From Chloroflexia bacterium (lineage in GTDB: Bacteria > Chloroflexota > Chloroflexia > QHBQ01 > JAICKM01): 64,000 nucleotides of DNA. The DNA lies in NCBI GenBank assembly GCA_050998805.1, contig JBPCPV010000009.1, positions 6,699 through 70,698 of the forward strand, written 5' to 3'. Made by a program: the position numbers and the translations under genes. This document shows, piece after piece, positions 28,887 to 38,539 of this stretch. Within the stretch, counting starts at the first letter, position 1, and every line of letters starts with the position of its first letter. The notes beneath the pieces were generated by a model. The model was not told where the DNA came from, did not search any database, and saw nothing but the letters and a program-made list of their open reading frames with translations.

Positions 28887-29858
28887 ATGGATGACGCAGC
28901 TTTAGGAATACACGATGAGCCGCAGGGCGGTGAGAGCGCCACGCGGGGGGCCGACGCCGGACCCGACTTCTCCGCCGCGCCGCACGGCTACAACGACTGG
29001 CGCGACAGCCCGCAACTCCCGCGCTCCGGCTTCTACAGCCGCCGCGACCAGCCGGTGAGCCTCCTCGTGGTACACCATACCGCGAGCGACGCCGATGATA
29101 TATTCTTCGACAACCGCTACCACACCCAGATGAAGGACTGGAACGAGCCGCCCAACCGCCCCGGCGTCCCGATGCTCCACGCGCCCCACATCGCCTACCA
29201 CTTCTACATTGACCGCAGCGGCCTACTCACCGCCTGCAACTACCTCTGGGAGAAGTCGTGGCACGTCACCAACGCCAACGACAAGGGCGTCGGCATCGTC
29301 TGCCAGGGCGACTTCCAGTCCGCCCACGGCCCCACCGACGCCCAGCGCGAGACGCTACAGTGGCTGATCGGCAGGCTGATGGCCTTCTTCGGCCTCGACC
29401 GCAACTCCGTCTGGGGCCACGGCGAACTGCGGCAATACGGAAACTCGACCACCTGCCCCGGCAAGAATTTCCTGCCGGCCGTCCAGGCGTTCCGCAACGG
29501 CCAGGACTTCTGGGCCACCCCCGGCGGCGACCCGACGACCATCCGCTGGCAGGTGATCGACTCCATCGGCATAACCGTTGGCCGCTACAACGTCACGAGC
29601 AACGCAGCCGCCTCCGCAGAGCAGTCGAACGGCGTCGGCATCTACACCCCCGAGGGCCGGATCCGCCTCGACTTCCGGGGCGCGCAAAACGCCAACCCCA
29701 ACCCTCCCGCCAAGTGGCGCATCTGCGACCCCGCAGCCAACCACGTCGGCCTCTACAACCAGACCGCCAACGCCGCCGACCACGCCGAGCGCATCAAGGG
29801 CTACGCCCTCTACCTCTACGATAGCCCCGACGGCACCGTCCGTATGGACTTCCGCTAA
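28887..29858 (+). CDS. N-acetylmuramoyl-L-alanine amidase (Amidase_2/PGRP-like) with a duplicated C-terminal domain
   Basis: VVHHTA, IAYHFYI, SWHV, GHGE, TTCPG zinc-ligand motifs; AGGAGG RBS. Confidence 0.88.
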   Translation: MDDAALGIHDEPQGGESATRGADAGPDFSAAPHGYNDWRDSPQLPRSGFYSRRDQPVSLLVVHHTASDADDIFFDNRYHTQMKDWNEPPNRPGVPMLHAPHIAYHFYIDRSGLLTACNYLWEKSWHVTNANDKGVGIVCQGDFQSAHGPTDAQRETLQWLIGRLMAFFGLDRNSVWGHGELRQYGNSTTCPGKNFLPAVQAFRNGQDFWATPGGDPTTIRWQVIDSIGITVGRYNVTSNAAASAEQSNGVGIYTPEGRIRLDFRGAQNANPNPPAKWRICDPAANHVGLYNQTANAADHAERIKGYALYLYDSPDGTVRMDFR

Positions 29859-29985
29859 CCGTTCATCAGTTCGCGCCAGGCACGAAACCTGATAATTTCG
29901 CCCGGCCCTGCCTACAACCGCGTTTCCCTTCATCACCAGATCGCAGGCACGGATTATCAGAAACAGCCGAGCGGGAGGCCCTCGA

Positions 29986-30099
29986 CTGTGGGAGAGTCGC
30001 TCCGCGCTCGATGCACTTACCCCTGTGGGAGAGTCGCTCCGCGCTCGACATACTTGACGCCAGTTGCGACTCATCGAGGGCAGAGCCGCTCTCCCACAG
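29986..30099. repeat. GTGG-tagged REP-like cluster (two direct copies and one inverted copy)
   Basis: CTGTGGGAGAGTCGCTCCGCGCTCGA at 29986 and 30023; degenerate inverted copy at 30074-30099; another inverted copy at 63427-63451. Confidence 0.8.
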
Positions 30100-30175
30100 A
30101 CACTTTTGCCTGACGAGGCTTGACAGCCTCTCACGCCTGTGCTATATATCCTTGAAAATTGATACTACCTGTGAT

Positions 30176-30481
30176 ATGATGGATAAACAAAAGCTGCGGA
30201 AACTAAAGAGGCGACTTGCAGAGTTGCGTAATCGCTCTGCGAGCATCAAGAGTGATGAGCTTGAGAGATTCGCGCAGCAGTTGGGTCCTGAGCGGAGGCG
30301 TCAGCGTACAAATGAGCCAACCTTCATTAGCCTCCTCTTGCCGAATAGTAGACCGATTAGTATCCCCGACCACCCAGGCACCTTGAAAAAGTTTACAGCG
30401 GAAAACATTCTCGATGCATTCGAGCAAGATATCTTTGCCCTTGAGGAAGAACTAGAATATGATAAGGGAACAGATGACTAA
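30176..30481 (+). CDS. HicA-like putative toxin (atypical)
   Basis: About 100 aa, basic N-terminus, PISIPDH motif; overlaps the hicB start; TTGACA-17 nt-TATATA promoter at 30120-30148. Confidence 0.55.
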   Translation: MMDKQKLRKLKRRLAELRNRSASIKSDELERFAQQLGPERRRQRTNEPTFISLLLPNSRPISIPDHPGTLKKFTAENILDAFEQDIFALEEELEYDKGTDD

Positions 30482-30953
30482 GCAAGAACCGAAAGCCTAT
30501 CTGAAGGAACCATATTCCAGGATTCTCGTGCCTAATGAGGATCAGACATTCTCGGCGGAGATCCTGGAGTTCCCAGGCTGTTTCGCGGAAGGCGAAACAG
30601 CCGACGAAGCAATCCGGAATCTGGAGGCAGCTGCCGAAGCCTGGATTGAGGCGTCGCTGGCACAGGGGCTGGAGATCCCCGAACCTGCGATGAATCAAGG
30701 ATACGGTGGAAAGATCGCCCTTCGATTGCCCAGGAGTCTTCACCGTCAAGCCGCCCGGATGGCTGCGCGCGACGGCACTAGCCTAAATCAGTTCCTGGTA
30801 ACTGCGGTAGCGGCAAGGCTGGGTGCGGAAGATCTCTACACCCGCTTGGCAGAAAGGTATGAGCAGCGTTTCGCCGATGCGGTCGGAGTTATGCCTGCTA
30901 CAATCCTTCCAGAGACTGCTATAAGACACGCCCACGCCCGGGGACGCGGCTAG
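30474..30953 (+). CDS. hicB: HicB family antitoxin with ribbon-helix-helix domain
   Basis: EFPGCFAEGETADEAIRN...GLEIPEP; GKIALRLPRSLH...GTSLNQ. Confidence 0.9.
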   Translation: MTKQEPKAYLKEPYSRILVPNEDQTFSAEILEFPGCFAEGETADEAIRNLEAAAEAWIEASLAQGLEIPEPAMNQGYGGKIALRLPRSLHRQAARMAARDGTSLNQFLVTAVAARLGAEDLYTRLAERYEQRFADAVGVMPATILPETAIRHAHARGRG

Positions 30954-30994
30954 GTCAAGTAAGCACAGCTAACCCGTCACCCGGGCCTATACGG

Positions 30995-31171
30995 CACGGC
31001 TCCACCCGCGTACCGCCGCCGTCCAGTCGGCCCATTCCACTGACCACTGACCACCAACTACCAACCACTCGGTAAGACACGGCCCCGCCCGTGGACCTCC
31101 GGAGTGCGGAGTGCGGAGTGCGGAGTGCGGATAGCTGACCGATGTCACTAACAACTAACCACCAACCACTC
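30995..31171. repeat. Composite intergenic repeat cluster (GGCTCCGCCCGTGGACC-type units plus CCACTGA, GAGTGCG and CAACYAA heptamer arrays)
   Basis: The same modules recur at 44668-44770, 48963-48981 and 63229-63507. Confidence 0.75.
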
Positions 31172-33077
31172 GCCAAAGCTGCCTGCCCAGCAGCCCCAGC
31201 AGCAAATCGAACGGCGGCCTGTTCTCCGGGTGCAGCTCGAAGCGTGTGCGCTCGAAGTACTGCACCGTGTACGGCTTGCCGTCCGTCGGGCTGACCTCCG
31301 TGAACGGCTCACTAATCGGGTAGCCGTAGACCGCGATCCCGCCGGTCGTCCGCCAGTATTCGAGGAAGCGCCCGCTCAGGCTGTGGCCTGTCTCCGGCAC
31401 ATAGCGGCGGTCGGGCGTGCCCGCGAAGGCCGCGACGGTCGGGAAGACCCGCCCCGCCGTCACCTGTCGGCCCAGCAGCCCCAGCAGCACGTCGAACGGC
31501 GGCCTGTTCTCCGGGTGCCATTCGAAGCGTGTGCGCTCGAACCACTGCACCACGTAGAACTTGCCGTCGGTCTGGCTGACTTCCAGCCGCTCCCCGGTGA
31601 TCGGGTAGCCGAAGGCCGCCAGCCCGCCGTGCGCCTGCCAGAAGCCGCTGAACCGGCTGCTCACGCGGAAGCCGGTGGGCGAACGCGCGTCGAGCGCCGG
31701 GTCGAGCGCCTCGCCGGTCGCCTCTTTGACCACAAAGACTGGGCTGGACGTGACCCTGACCTGCACATGCCCGCCGGCCGCAACCACTTCGGTGCTGCTG
31801 CCGTCGAGCGACAAGATCCGCGAGTTCGGCGTGCCCACCGTCAGCTCGACCGTCTGCGGCGGCACGCCCTCCGGCGTCCAGAGCACATTCACCGTGCCGC
31901 CGGGCGTCGTGAAGAGCGCCTGGTAGCGGTCGAACTCCGGCTGCCAACGGTTCGGCACCGAGTGCTGGAGCGGGCCGATGCCCGCGTACTGCCCTTCGCC
32001 GAGCAGCCCCGCCATCGTCTTGTAGGCATAGAACGCCGGGCGCGGGCTGAGGTCGTTCCGCAGCACGCTCATGCTGCCCCAGACATTGTCCGGCCCGTTG
32101 TTGAACTTGTCCTTCATCTGGAAGTAGTCGAAGTGCTCCGCGCCGTTCTCTAGCGCCAGCATATACCGCCGCACCAGCCGCGTCGCCTGGGTCGCCTCGT
32201 CGGTGCCGTTGTTGTTACAGGGGTTGCAAACGCTCTGCCCGTCCTCCGTGATCCAGACCGGCATATCGCCCCGCCCGTGCCGCGCCAGCCACGCCCGCGC
32301 CTGCGTGAGCCGCCAGGGCAGGTTCTGCACGACAGTCACCGGCGAGGTGTCCTCGGGCTGCCGGTCGTTCATAAACGTATGTATCCCGAGCATATCGAAG
32401 TTCAGATGCCCGCCGCTCGCCGCGACAACCTTTTCGAGGAAGGCCAGCCCCTCGTTGTTCTGATCATGCACGAAGACCGAGCCGACCATCACCCGCGCAT
32501 CGGGGTCCGCCCGCTTCACCGCGGTGTAGCCCTGGTAGAGCAGCGCCGCATAAGCCGCCGGGTCGGCGTGGGGCAGCCAGGTGCCGTCCTTGTCCGGCTC
32601 GTTCCACAGCTCCCAGACGCCCACCTTGTCGTGCCACCGCCTCACCGCCGCCTCCACGAACGCCCCGTATGTCTTCGGGTCCGTCGGCGGATACCAGTAC
32701 CACCCCGCCTCGCTCTGGCTGTGCCCCGACGCCCAGTCCGGCGTCGTCAGCAACATGCCGACCACCTGTATCCCGGCGTCGTGCAGCATTTGCAGCCGGT
32801 CGTCGTAGCCCTTCCAGCCCTCGACCTTGCCCCCCGGCTGGATATTCGCCCAGCTCAACTCCTCGCGGCTCCATCTGACCCCCGCCTCCCGCGCGCGGTC
32901 CAGCAGAACGGCGCGCTCGGCGTCGCTCCGCTCCAGCCCCGTCAGGTAGAGGTTCATCCCGAACGGCGAAACCGCCCCCGTCGCCCGTACCGCCGGCGTC
33001 CCGCCGGCAGGCTCTAGCCCGACGAGCAGCGCCGCGACCAGCGCGGCAATCGAGATCAGTCGTAAACGCAAATGCAT
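31155..33077 (-). CDS. Secreted clan GH-A glycoside hydrolase (GH39/GH5-like) with C-terminal surface repeats
   Basis: WELWNEPD acid/base motif, VWITEDG nucleophile motif, signal peptide, two repeats. Confidence 0.85.
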   Translation of the reverse strand: MHLRLRLISIAALVAALLVGLEPAGGTPAVRATGAVSPFGMNLYLTGLERSDAERAVLLDRAREAGVRWSREELSWANIQPGGKVEGWKGYDDRLQMLHDAGIQVVGMLLTTPDWASGHSQSEAGWYWYPPTDPKTYGAFVEAAVRRWHDKVGVWELWNEPDKDGTWLPHADPAAYAALLYQGYTAVKRADPDARVMVGSVFVHDQNNEGLAFLEKVVAASGGHLNFDMLGIHTFMNDRQPEDTSPVTVVQNLPWRLTQARAWLARHGRGDMPVWITEDGQSVCNPCNNNGTDEATQATRLVRRYMLALENGAEHFDYFQMKDKFNNGPDNVWGSMSVLRNDLSPRPAFYAYKTMAGLLGEGQYAGIGPLQHSVPNRWQPEFDRYQALFTTPGGTVNVLWTPEGVPPQTVELTVGTPNSRILSLDGSSTEVVAAGGHVQVRVTSSPVFVVKEATGEALDPALDARSPTGFRVSSRFSGFWQAHGGLAAFGYPITGERLEVSQTDGKFYVVQWFERTRFEWHPENRPPFDVLLGLLGRQVTAGRVFPTVAAFAGTPDRRYVPETGHSLSGRFLEYWRTTGGIAVYGYPISEPFTEVSPTDGKPYTVQYFERTRFELHPENRPPFDLLLGLLGRQLWRVVGG

Positions 33078-33109
33078 AGGAGGGTCCTTCTAGCGTAGTA
33101 CAGATGGGC

Positions 33110-36100
33110 CTAAGGGGTTGGGAACGGCACGGGCAAAGGCGTCAACAAGGGCGCGGGAATAGCCGTGGGCAGCTCGCCCCCAAGATAAGTCGCCCGCTCA
33201 AAGGTACTGAGGTCACGGTAAGCCCGTGATGCGGCTAACCGCATGAGGTCGGCGGTAGCCGCCACATACTGCCGTGCCGTGCCGTCGTAGCTTGCCGTGA
33301 CGATGCGGTGCCCGTCCGCGCTCCACGCGGCGGTCTTGACGAACTTCGTGTGTCCGGCCAGCCTGAAGAGGAGTTGCCCGCTCGTTGCGTCCCAGACCTT
33401 TGCGGTGCCGTCCGTACAAGCCGCAACAATCAACGCACCGTCGGGGCTGTAGGCGGCGTCCCACACACCCACGCTATCCTGCAAAACGCGAAGGTACTGC
33501 CCGCTTCCCGCATCCCAGATCGCCGTGCTGTCGCCTGTCCCCGCCCCTGCCACGTACCGCCCATCCGGACTCCAACTCACGGTCTCGAACGCAGACAAGA
33601 GCGAGGTCTGCAATGTACGCAACTCCCGTCCCGTGGCCGCGTCCCAGATCTTGACCGAGCCGGATAGACCGGCTGTAGCGATAAGGTGCCCGTCGGGGCT
33701 GTAGGCTGCGCCGAAGATCGCGTCTTTGTCGCAGCAGAGCGTGAGCAGCTTCTGTCCGCTCGATACGTCCCATACCCTTGCGTTACCGTCGGCGCTGCCG
33801 GCGACGAGGAAGCGGCCGTCGGGGCTATACGCCACGCTGAACACAGCAAAGCTCTTCGCGGCGGCGTCGTTGTGGATACTGAAGCTCTGTAGCTGCCGTC
33901 CAGTCGCCGCATCCCATATTCGGGCGGTCTCGTCCTCCCCGGCGGTGGCGATGGAACGACCATCCGGACTCCAGGCGACGCTGTGTACGAAGCCGTTGTG
34001 CGCCTTGATCGTAAGCACGCCGTTGCCGCTGGCTGCATCCCATATTCGGGCGGTGCCGTCCTGACCGGCTGTGGCGATAAACCGGCCGTCGGGGCTGTAC
34101 GCGGCGGCATTTACGATGTCGGTGTGCCCGAGGAGCGTCGGCAATTCGCTGCCGCTTACCGCATCCCAGACCATGACCGGCTTGCTGGCGGTAAGCAAGA
34201 AGCGTCCGTCGGGGCTGTAGGCAATGCCGATGCCTGTGTACTCCTGGCTCAGGACACGCAGCTCCTGCCCATTAGAGGCATCCCAGATCGCCGTTCCAAC
34301 CGTGCCGATGGCCGCGATAAGACGACTGTTCGGGCTGAACGTTACATCAAACACAGGCTGGTCATCCGAATAGCGCAGAGTGTACAGTTCTTTTCCGGTG
34401 GCTGCGTCCCAGACTTTGGCCGTGCCGTCGTCGCTCGCGGTGGCGATACGGAGGCTGTCGGGACTATAAGTTGCTTTGTGCAGCGACTTGTTGTGGCCGT
34501 CCAACGTGCGGACTGCCTGCCCGGTTGCGGCATCCCATATCTCGGCGTTGCCCTTATCGTCGCCTGTGATCAGGAAGCGGCTGTCGGGGCTGTAGGCCAC
34601 GCTGACGGCCGCGGTGCCCAGCGTGCCCAGGATGTGAAGCTGTTGGCCGCTTGCCGTATCCCACATCTCGGCTGTGCCGTCGCTCTCGGCTGTAGCGATG
34701 AACCGGCCGTCGGGGCTGTAAGCAACGCCGTTCACGAAATTCGCCCCAACCGCGAGGCTATGCAATACCTGCCCGCTAGACACATCCCACAAGGTGGCAG
34801 TGCCGTCGGTCGCACTCGTGGCGATAAATCGTCCGTCGTGGCTCCAAACAGCGTCGGTGATCCGTGTCGAGTTGCCGATAAGGGCGCGCACCAACTGCCC
34901 GGTGCCGGCGTCCCATATCCTGGCCGCCCCGCCACCTTGTCCGGTCACGATAAAACGCCCATCGGGGCTATACTCTGCGCTGTTCACCTCCGTGCTGCTT
35001 TGGTCTCTCAGAACCAAGAGCGGCAGCGGCTGCCCGAGGGCTTGATGCAGCGCATCCACAGCCTGGGGGACAGGCGGTCGGCCCACCTGTAGCGTCGTAG
35101 AGATTGCCTGCATAGCCAGCAGTAGGCTTAACTCGGGATCTCTCGCCCCCTGCGCCACAGAGCCTGCGGCGAGGGCCTGCGCCTTGCTGATCAGCAGCTG
35201 GCGCTCGGTGTCGGCCTGGGCGGTGGCGCGGGCCGCCGCCTCCTGTTGAGCCGCATTACGCTGGCCGTTCGCCTCGACCACGGCGGTGGCGCGGGCGTCC
35301 GACTCCTGCTGCGCGCGCCCCTGTTGAACGAAGGCGAAGACCGCCGCGCTCACCGCCACCAACAGGAACAGGCCCGCCAGCACAAGCAGGCCGCGCAACA
35401 CCCGCGCCCGCCGCGCGGCCTCATCGGCCCTGCGCTTCTGCTCCTCCAACGCGCGCTGTTGTTCGGCCTCCTGCTTTGCGACGCTTCTCCTGAGCAGTTC
35501 CCGCGCGTCCGCATCGCGCAGAGCAATGTCCGAGCGCCTGTCGAGGGCGCGCGCCTCGGCGAGCCGCACGCCCGACAGCAGGTATTCATCCCCCATGTTG
35601 TTGCTCTGCCACTCGCGCACGGCCTGCTCGAAGCGCACCCGCTGCTGTAGCTCGTTGCGCTTCTCCTCGATCACCGCCTGGAGGCGGTCCCAGTTGCGGA
35701 TCAGCGTCTCGTGGATGATATCCACCATCTCCTGCTGCTTCTCAACTCCGGCCTCGGTACGCGCTTCCAGAGACACGCTCAACAGACGTGCGTCGGCAAG
35801 CTCGTCGATCAGCCTCGCCCGGTTCGGGTCGCCGGCAGCCAATTCGAGCTTCGTGCGCTGCCGCCTCACGTCGCGTCGGGTATCGTCGTCGAGCGACACG
35901 TCCACCAGGTCGAGCAAGATGGACATGATCGCGGCCTGTTCAGCCGGAGTGCGGGGTTGTTGCCGTGCGCCCGCATAGTCGGCGTAAGCGTACACCGTCT
36001 CGGCTTGGCGCGCCGTAACGGCGGCAGTGTATGCGTAGACCGCCTCTGCGCGTTCTTTGATGGCGTCGGTGAGCGTGCCGTAGCGGTCCAGGGTGAGGCT

Positions 36101-37942
36101 GCCGCCCGCCCATATCTCCTCCAAAGTTACCTGCAAGAGCGGCAGGTAGGCTGCGTCGGCAGAGGCGTCGCGCGCCAGCTTGTCCACCAGGGCCGGTTCC
36201 CAACGCTTGTCTCCGGTGGGATGTGCTGCCTGTAGCGGGCGTTGGATCGCCTCTTTGAGTTCGTCCGCCGTCATGGCCCGCAGGTCGGTGCCCCTCTTGG
36301 CTATGTCGTAGAGGCCACGGACCTCGAAGAGATCCGCCAGGTAGTCCGAGCGCATCGTCGCCAGCACGCAGGTACGTACCTCGGCGAAGGGGGCGATGCC
36401 CATGAGTATGGCGAAGATGGCTTCGCGCTCTTCGGGATCGGACTGGCTAAAGAGTTCCTCAAACTGGTCGATCACCAGCAGGTTCACCTGTTGAGCCGGA
36501 GTTGTATCGTGAAGGAAGCCGTTGAAGGCAGCCGGACCGCCTATCCCCGCCTGAGGGTCGCCGAGAAGCCTCTGCGCCGGCAGGCCGAGCTGCATCAGGG
36601 CATCGGCGAGAGCCGCGAGCGGTCGGCGCGACGGTCGGAAGACCGCGTGGCGCGCCCCGAGGCCGCGCTGCGCGTAATATGCTTCAAGGGCAGGCAGAAG
36701 ACCCGCCTGCGCGAACGACGACTTGCCGCTGCCGCTCGCGCCCGTTATGAAGAGGAGGGATTGTTGAGCGCCCGGCGTAGTCAGGAAGCGCACGGTCGCC
36801 GCGACGGTGGATGCGCGTCCCGCATAGCTGTCGCGGTCAGCGTAGGTGAAGCTGCACAGGCCGAGGTAGGGGTTCGGTAAGCCGCTTACCCTATACGCTT
36901 GCTCGTCGTAAACCTGGGTGACATGAGCGCCGGGTCCGATGGTGACAAGCGGTCGTTCGCGCACGTCGGCGCTTAACTGCTCCAGTCCGCCCCGCACATC
37001 TTTGACGCCTATGCTGATCTCCGCGACGCTGCCTTTGATCTCCTGGGTGTTCCGTAGCGTCTCCTCGGTCAGGGCCTTTATCTCGTCGAGCCGCTTGCGT
37101 ACAGGCGCAAGCGCGGCGTCGAGCGCGGCCTCTCCGGTGGGGTCGCGCTGCGCGACGGGCGTGGCGTCCAGGCGTTGCGCCCATTGCTTCAACCAGCGCA
37201 GGGTTTCGACGGTCTCAGCGCCGCCCTGCCCCGACTGCTCGACGCTATCCAGCAGGCTCTCTTGCCAGAGCTTTTGGTAGGCGCGCCATGCGCGGTTGCC
37301 CTCTGGGTTGTCTGCCTTCAACGCCTCGCCGAAACGCAGCAGCCACTCATCGGGCAGGTGCGCCTCCACGAAGCCTACGAACTCCTCGTCATAGCCGTAG
37401 AGGTAGCTCTTAATGGCCTCCAAGAGCATCTGTCTGGCTTCTGCTTCGGTATCCGGGCGCACAGGCACCCACTCATCGCTCTGGATGGCGGTTCCGAGCT
37501 GTTCGCTACTCGCCAAGAAGCCCGCAGCGCCATGGCGCAGGCCGTGTAGGGTCTCCAGAGTTCGCGCGGCCTCTTCGGGGTCGCGGGATCTCAGCTTGAG
37601 GTAGGCAGGATCCTTCTGCCAGACAGCCTCCAGCGCGCCGGCTGCGGCTGCAAAAGCCTGCGAGAGCAGAGGCGCGATGTCGCCGCTGAACGCGGTCCCG
37701 CCCTCACGGCTAAACCAGCGCCCGCACCAATGGTCAATTGCCCGCTGCGACAGCCCTGTGACGGCTCCGACGCCCATACCGGCGAGCAGGGCGGTCAGCG
37801 GTCCCGCGCCGGTAATCAGGCCGATAGCCTGCAAGCCGGTCGTGACGATGGCCTCGATAGGTATGGATCTTATACCCTCGTTGAGGCTCTCCTGGCTGAT
37901 GCTCCTAAGAAGCTCGCGGCGCAGCTTGGGGTCGTGAGACAC
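33110..37942 (-). CDS. nSTAND1-type STAND NTPase with unknown N-terminal domain, TM helix and WD40 propellers
   Basis: PNPYLGLCSF, GASGSGKSS, LLVIDQFEELF, LPLLQVTL, HETLIRNW; about 14 SPDG..WD repeats; GAGGAGG RBS before GTG 37942. Confidence 0.9.
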   Translation of the reverse strand: MSHDPKLRRELLRSISQESLNEGIRSIPIEAIVTTGLQAIGLITGAGPLTALLAGMGVGAVTGLSQRAIDHWCGRWFSREGGTAFSGDIAPLLSQAFAAAAGALEAVWQKDPAYLKLRSRDPEEAARTLETLHGLRHGAAGFLASSEQLGTAIQSDEWVPVRPDTEAEARQMLLEAIKSYLYGYDEEFVGFVEAHLPDEWLLRFGEALKADNPEGNRAWRAYQKLWQESLLDSVEQSGQGGAETVETLRWLKQWAQRLDATPVAQRDPTGEAALDAALAPVRKRLDEIKALTEETLRNTQEIKGSVAEISIGVKDVRGGLEQLSADVRERPLVTIGPGAHVTQVYDEQAYRVSGLPNPYLGLCSFTYADRDSYAGRASTVAATVRFLTTPGAQQSLLFITGASGSGKSSFAQAGLLPALEAYYAQRGLGARHAVFRPSRRPLAALADALMQLGLPAQRLLGDPQAGIGGPAAFNGFLHDTTPAQQVNLLVIDQFEELFSQSDPEEREAIFAILMGIAPFAEVRTCVLATMRSDYLADLFEVRGLYDIAKRGTDLRAMTADELKEAIQRPLQAAHPTGDKRWEPALVDKLARDASADAAYLPLLQVTLEEIWAGGSLTLDRYGTLTDAIKERAEAVYAYTAAVTARQAETVYAYADYAGARQQPRTPAEQAAIMSILLDLVDVSLDDDTRRDVRRQRTKLELAAGDPNRARLIDELADARLLSVSLEARTEAGVEKQQEMVDIIHETLIRNWDRLQAVIEEKRNELQQRVRFEQAVREWQSNNMGDEYLLSGVRLAEARALDRRSDIALRDADARELLRRSVAKQEAEQQRALEEQKRRADEAARRARVLRGLLVLAGLFLLVAVSAAVFAFVQQGRAQQESDARATAVVEANGQRNAAQQEAAARATAQADTERQLLISKAQALAAGSVAQGARDPELSLLLAMQAISTTLQVGRPPVPQAVDALHQALGQPLPLLVLRDQSSTEVNSAEYSPDGRFIVTGQGGGAARIWDAGTGQLVRALIGNSTRITDAVWSHDGRFIATSATDGTATLWDVSSGQVLHSLAVGANFVNGVAYSPDGRFIATAESDGTAEMWDTASGQQLHILGTLGTAAVSVAYSPDSRFLITGDDKGNAEIWDAATGQAVRTLDGHNKSLHKATYSPDSLRIATASDDGTAKVWDAATGKELYTLRYSDDQPVFDVTFSPNSRLIAAIGTVGTAIWDASNGQELRVLSQEYTGIGIAYSPDGRFLLTASKPVMVWDAVSGSELPTLLGHTDIVNAAAYSPDGRFIATAGQDGTARIWDAASGNGVLTIKAHNGFVHSVAWSPDGRSIATAGEDETARIWDAATGRQLQSFSIHNDAAAKSFAVFSVAYSPDGRFLVAGSADGNARVWDVSSGQKLLTLCCDKDAIFGAAYSPDGHLIATAGLSGSVKIWDAATGRELRTLQTSLLSAFETVSWSPDGRYVAGAGTGDSTAIWDAGSGQYLRVLQDSVGVWDAAYSPDGALIVAACTDGTAKVWDATSGQLLFRLAGHTKFVKTAAWSADGHRIVTASYDGTARQYVAATADLMRLAASRAYRDLSTFERATYLGGELPTAIPAPLLTPLPVPFPTP

Positions 37943-38054
37943 GTCGTGATCCTCCTCTTCACCTGTGGTATAATACACCCAGCAAGCCTGTCGTGCAAAC
38001 GCCGGAAGCGCCTGGGCACCTACCCCTATTAGATGGGAGCTTGAAGGAGATAGA

Positions 38055-38534
38055 ATGACCTCGGGAGAGCGCGCTCAAAAGATAGAGACCCATGGCAACG
38101 CCTACAACGAACTTGTGGAAGCCCTAAGAGATTTCCCCAAAGAGATGTGGCACTACAAAGCGTCGCCGGACGATTGGAGCGTGCATGAGATAGTAGTTCA
38201 CATCACCGATAGCGAGGCGAACAGCTACATAAGGTGCAGGCGGCTCATCGCCGAGGCGGGCGAGGCGGTTATGGCGTATGACGAGATGGAGTGGGCCAAA
38301 GCTCTGCATTACTCCGAGCAGAGCACCGAGGACGCGCTGGAGCTATTCAAGTGGCTGCGCCTCACTACCAACAAGCTGGTAAGGACGCTACCAGAGCGAG
38401 CATGGTCCAACAAGGTATACCACCCCGAAAACGGCACTATGACGCTCGATGATTGGCTGGATGTGTATGCGAGACATGTAAGCGAGCATGTAGAGCAGAT
38501 GCGTGCAGGCTACAAGGCATGGTGTGAAGAGTAG
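38055..38534 (+). CDS. DinB family protein
   Basis: WSVHEIVVHITDSE, HPENG, HVSEHVEQ. Confidence 0.9.
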   Translation: MTSGERAQKIETHGNAYNELVEALRDFPKEMWHYKASPDDWSVHEIVVHITDSEANSYIRCRRLIAEAGEAVMAYDEMEWAKALHYSEQSTEDALELFKWLRLTTNKLVRTLPERAWSNKVYHPENGTMTLDDWLDVYARHVSEHVEQMRAGYKAWCEE

Positions 38535-38539
38535 GGCAC

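Noticed and set aside
29986-30099. Mini CRISPR array
   Set aside because: Only two direct copies 11 nt apart plus an inverted copy, and no cas genes; fits REP elements.
28201-30953. Prophage remnant
   Set aside because: Apart from the amidase there is no holin, integrase, structural or replication gene.
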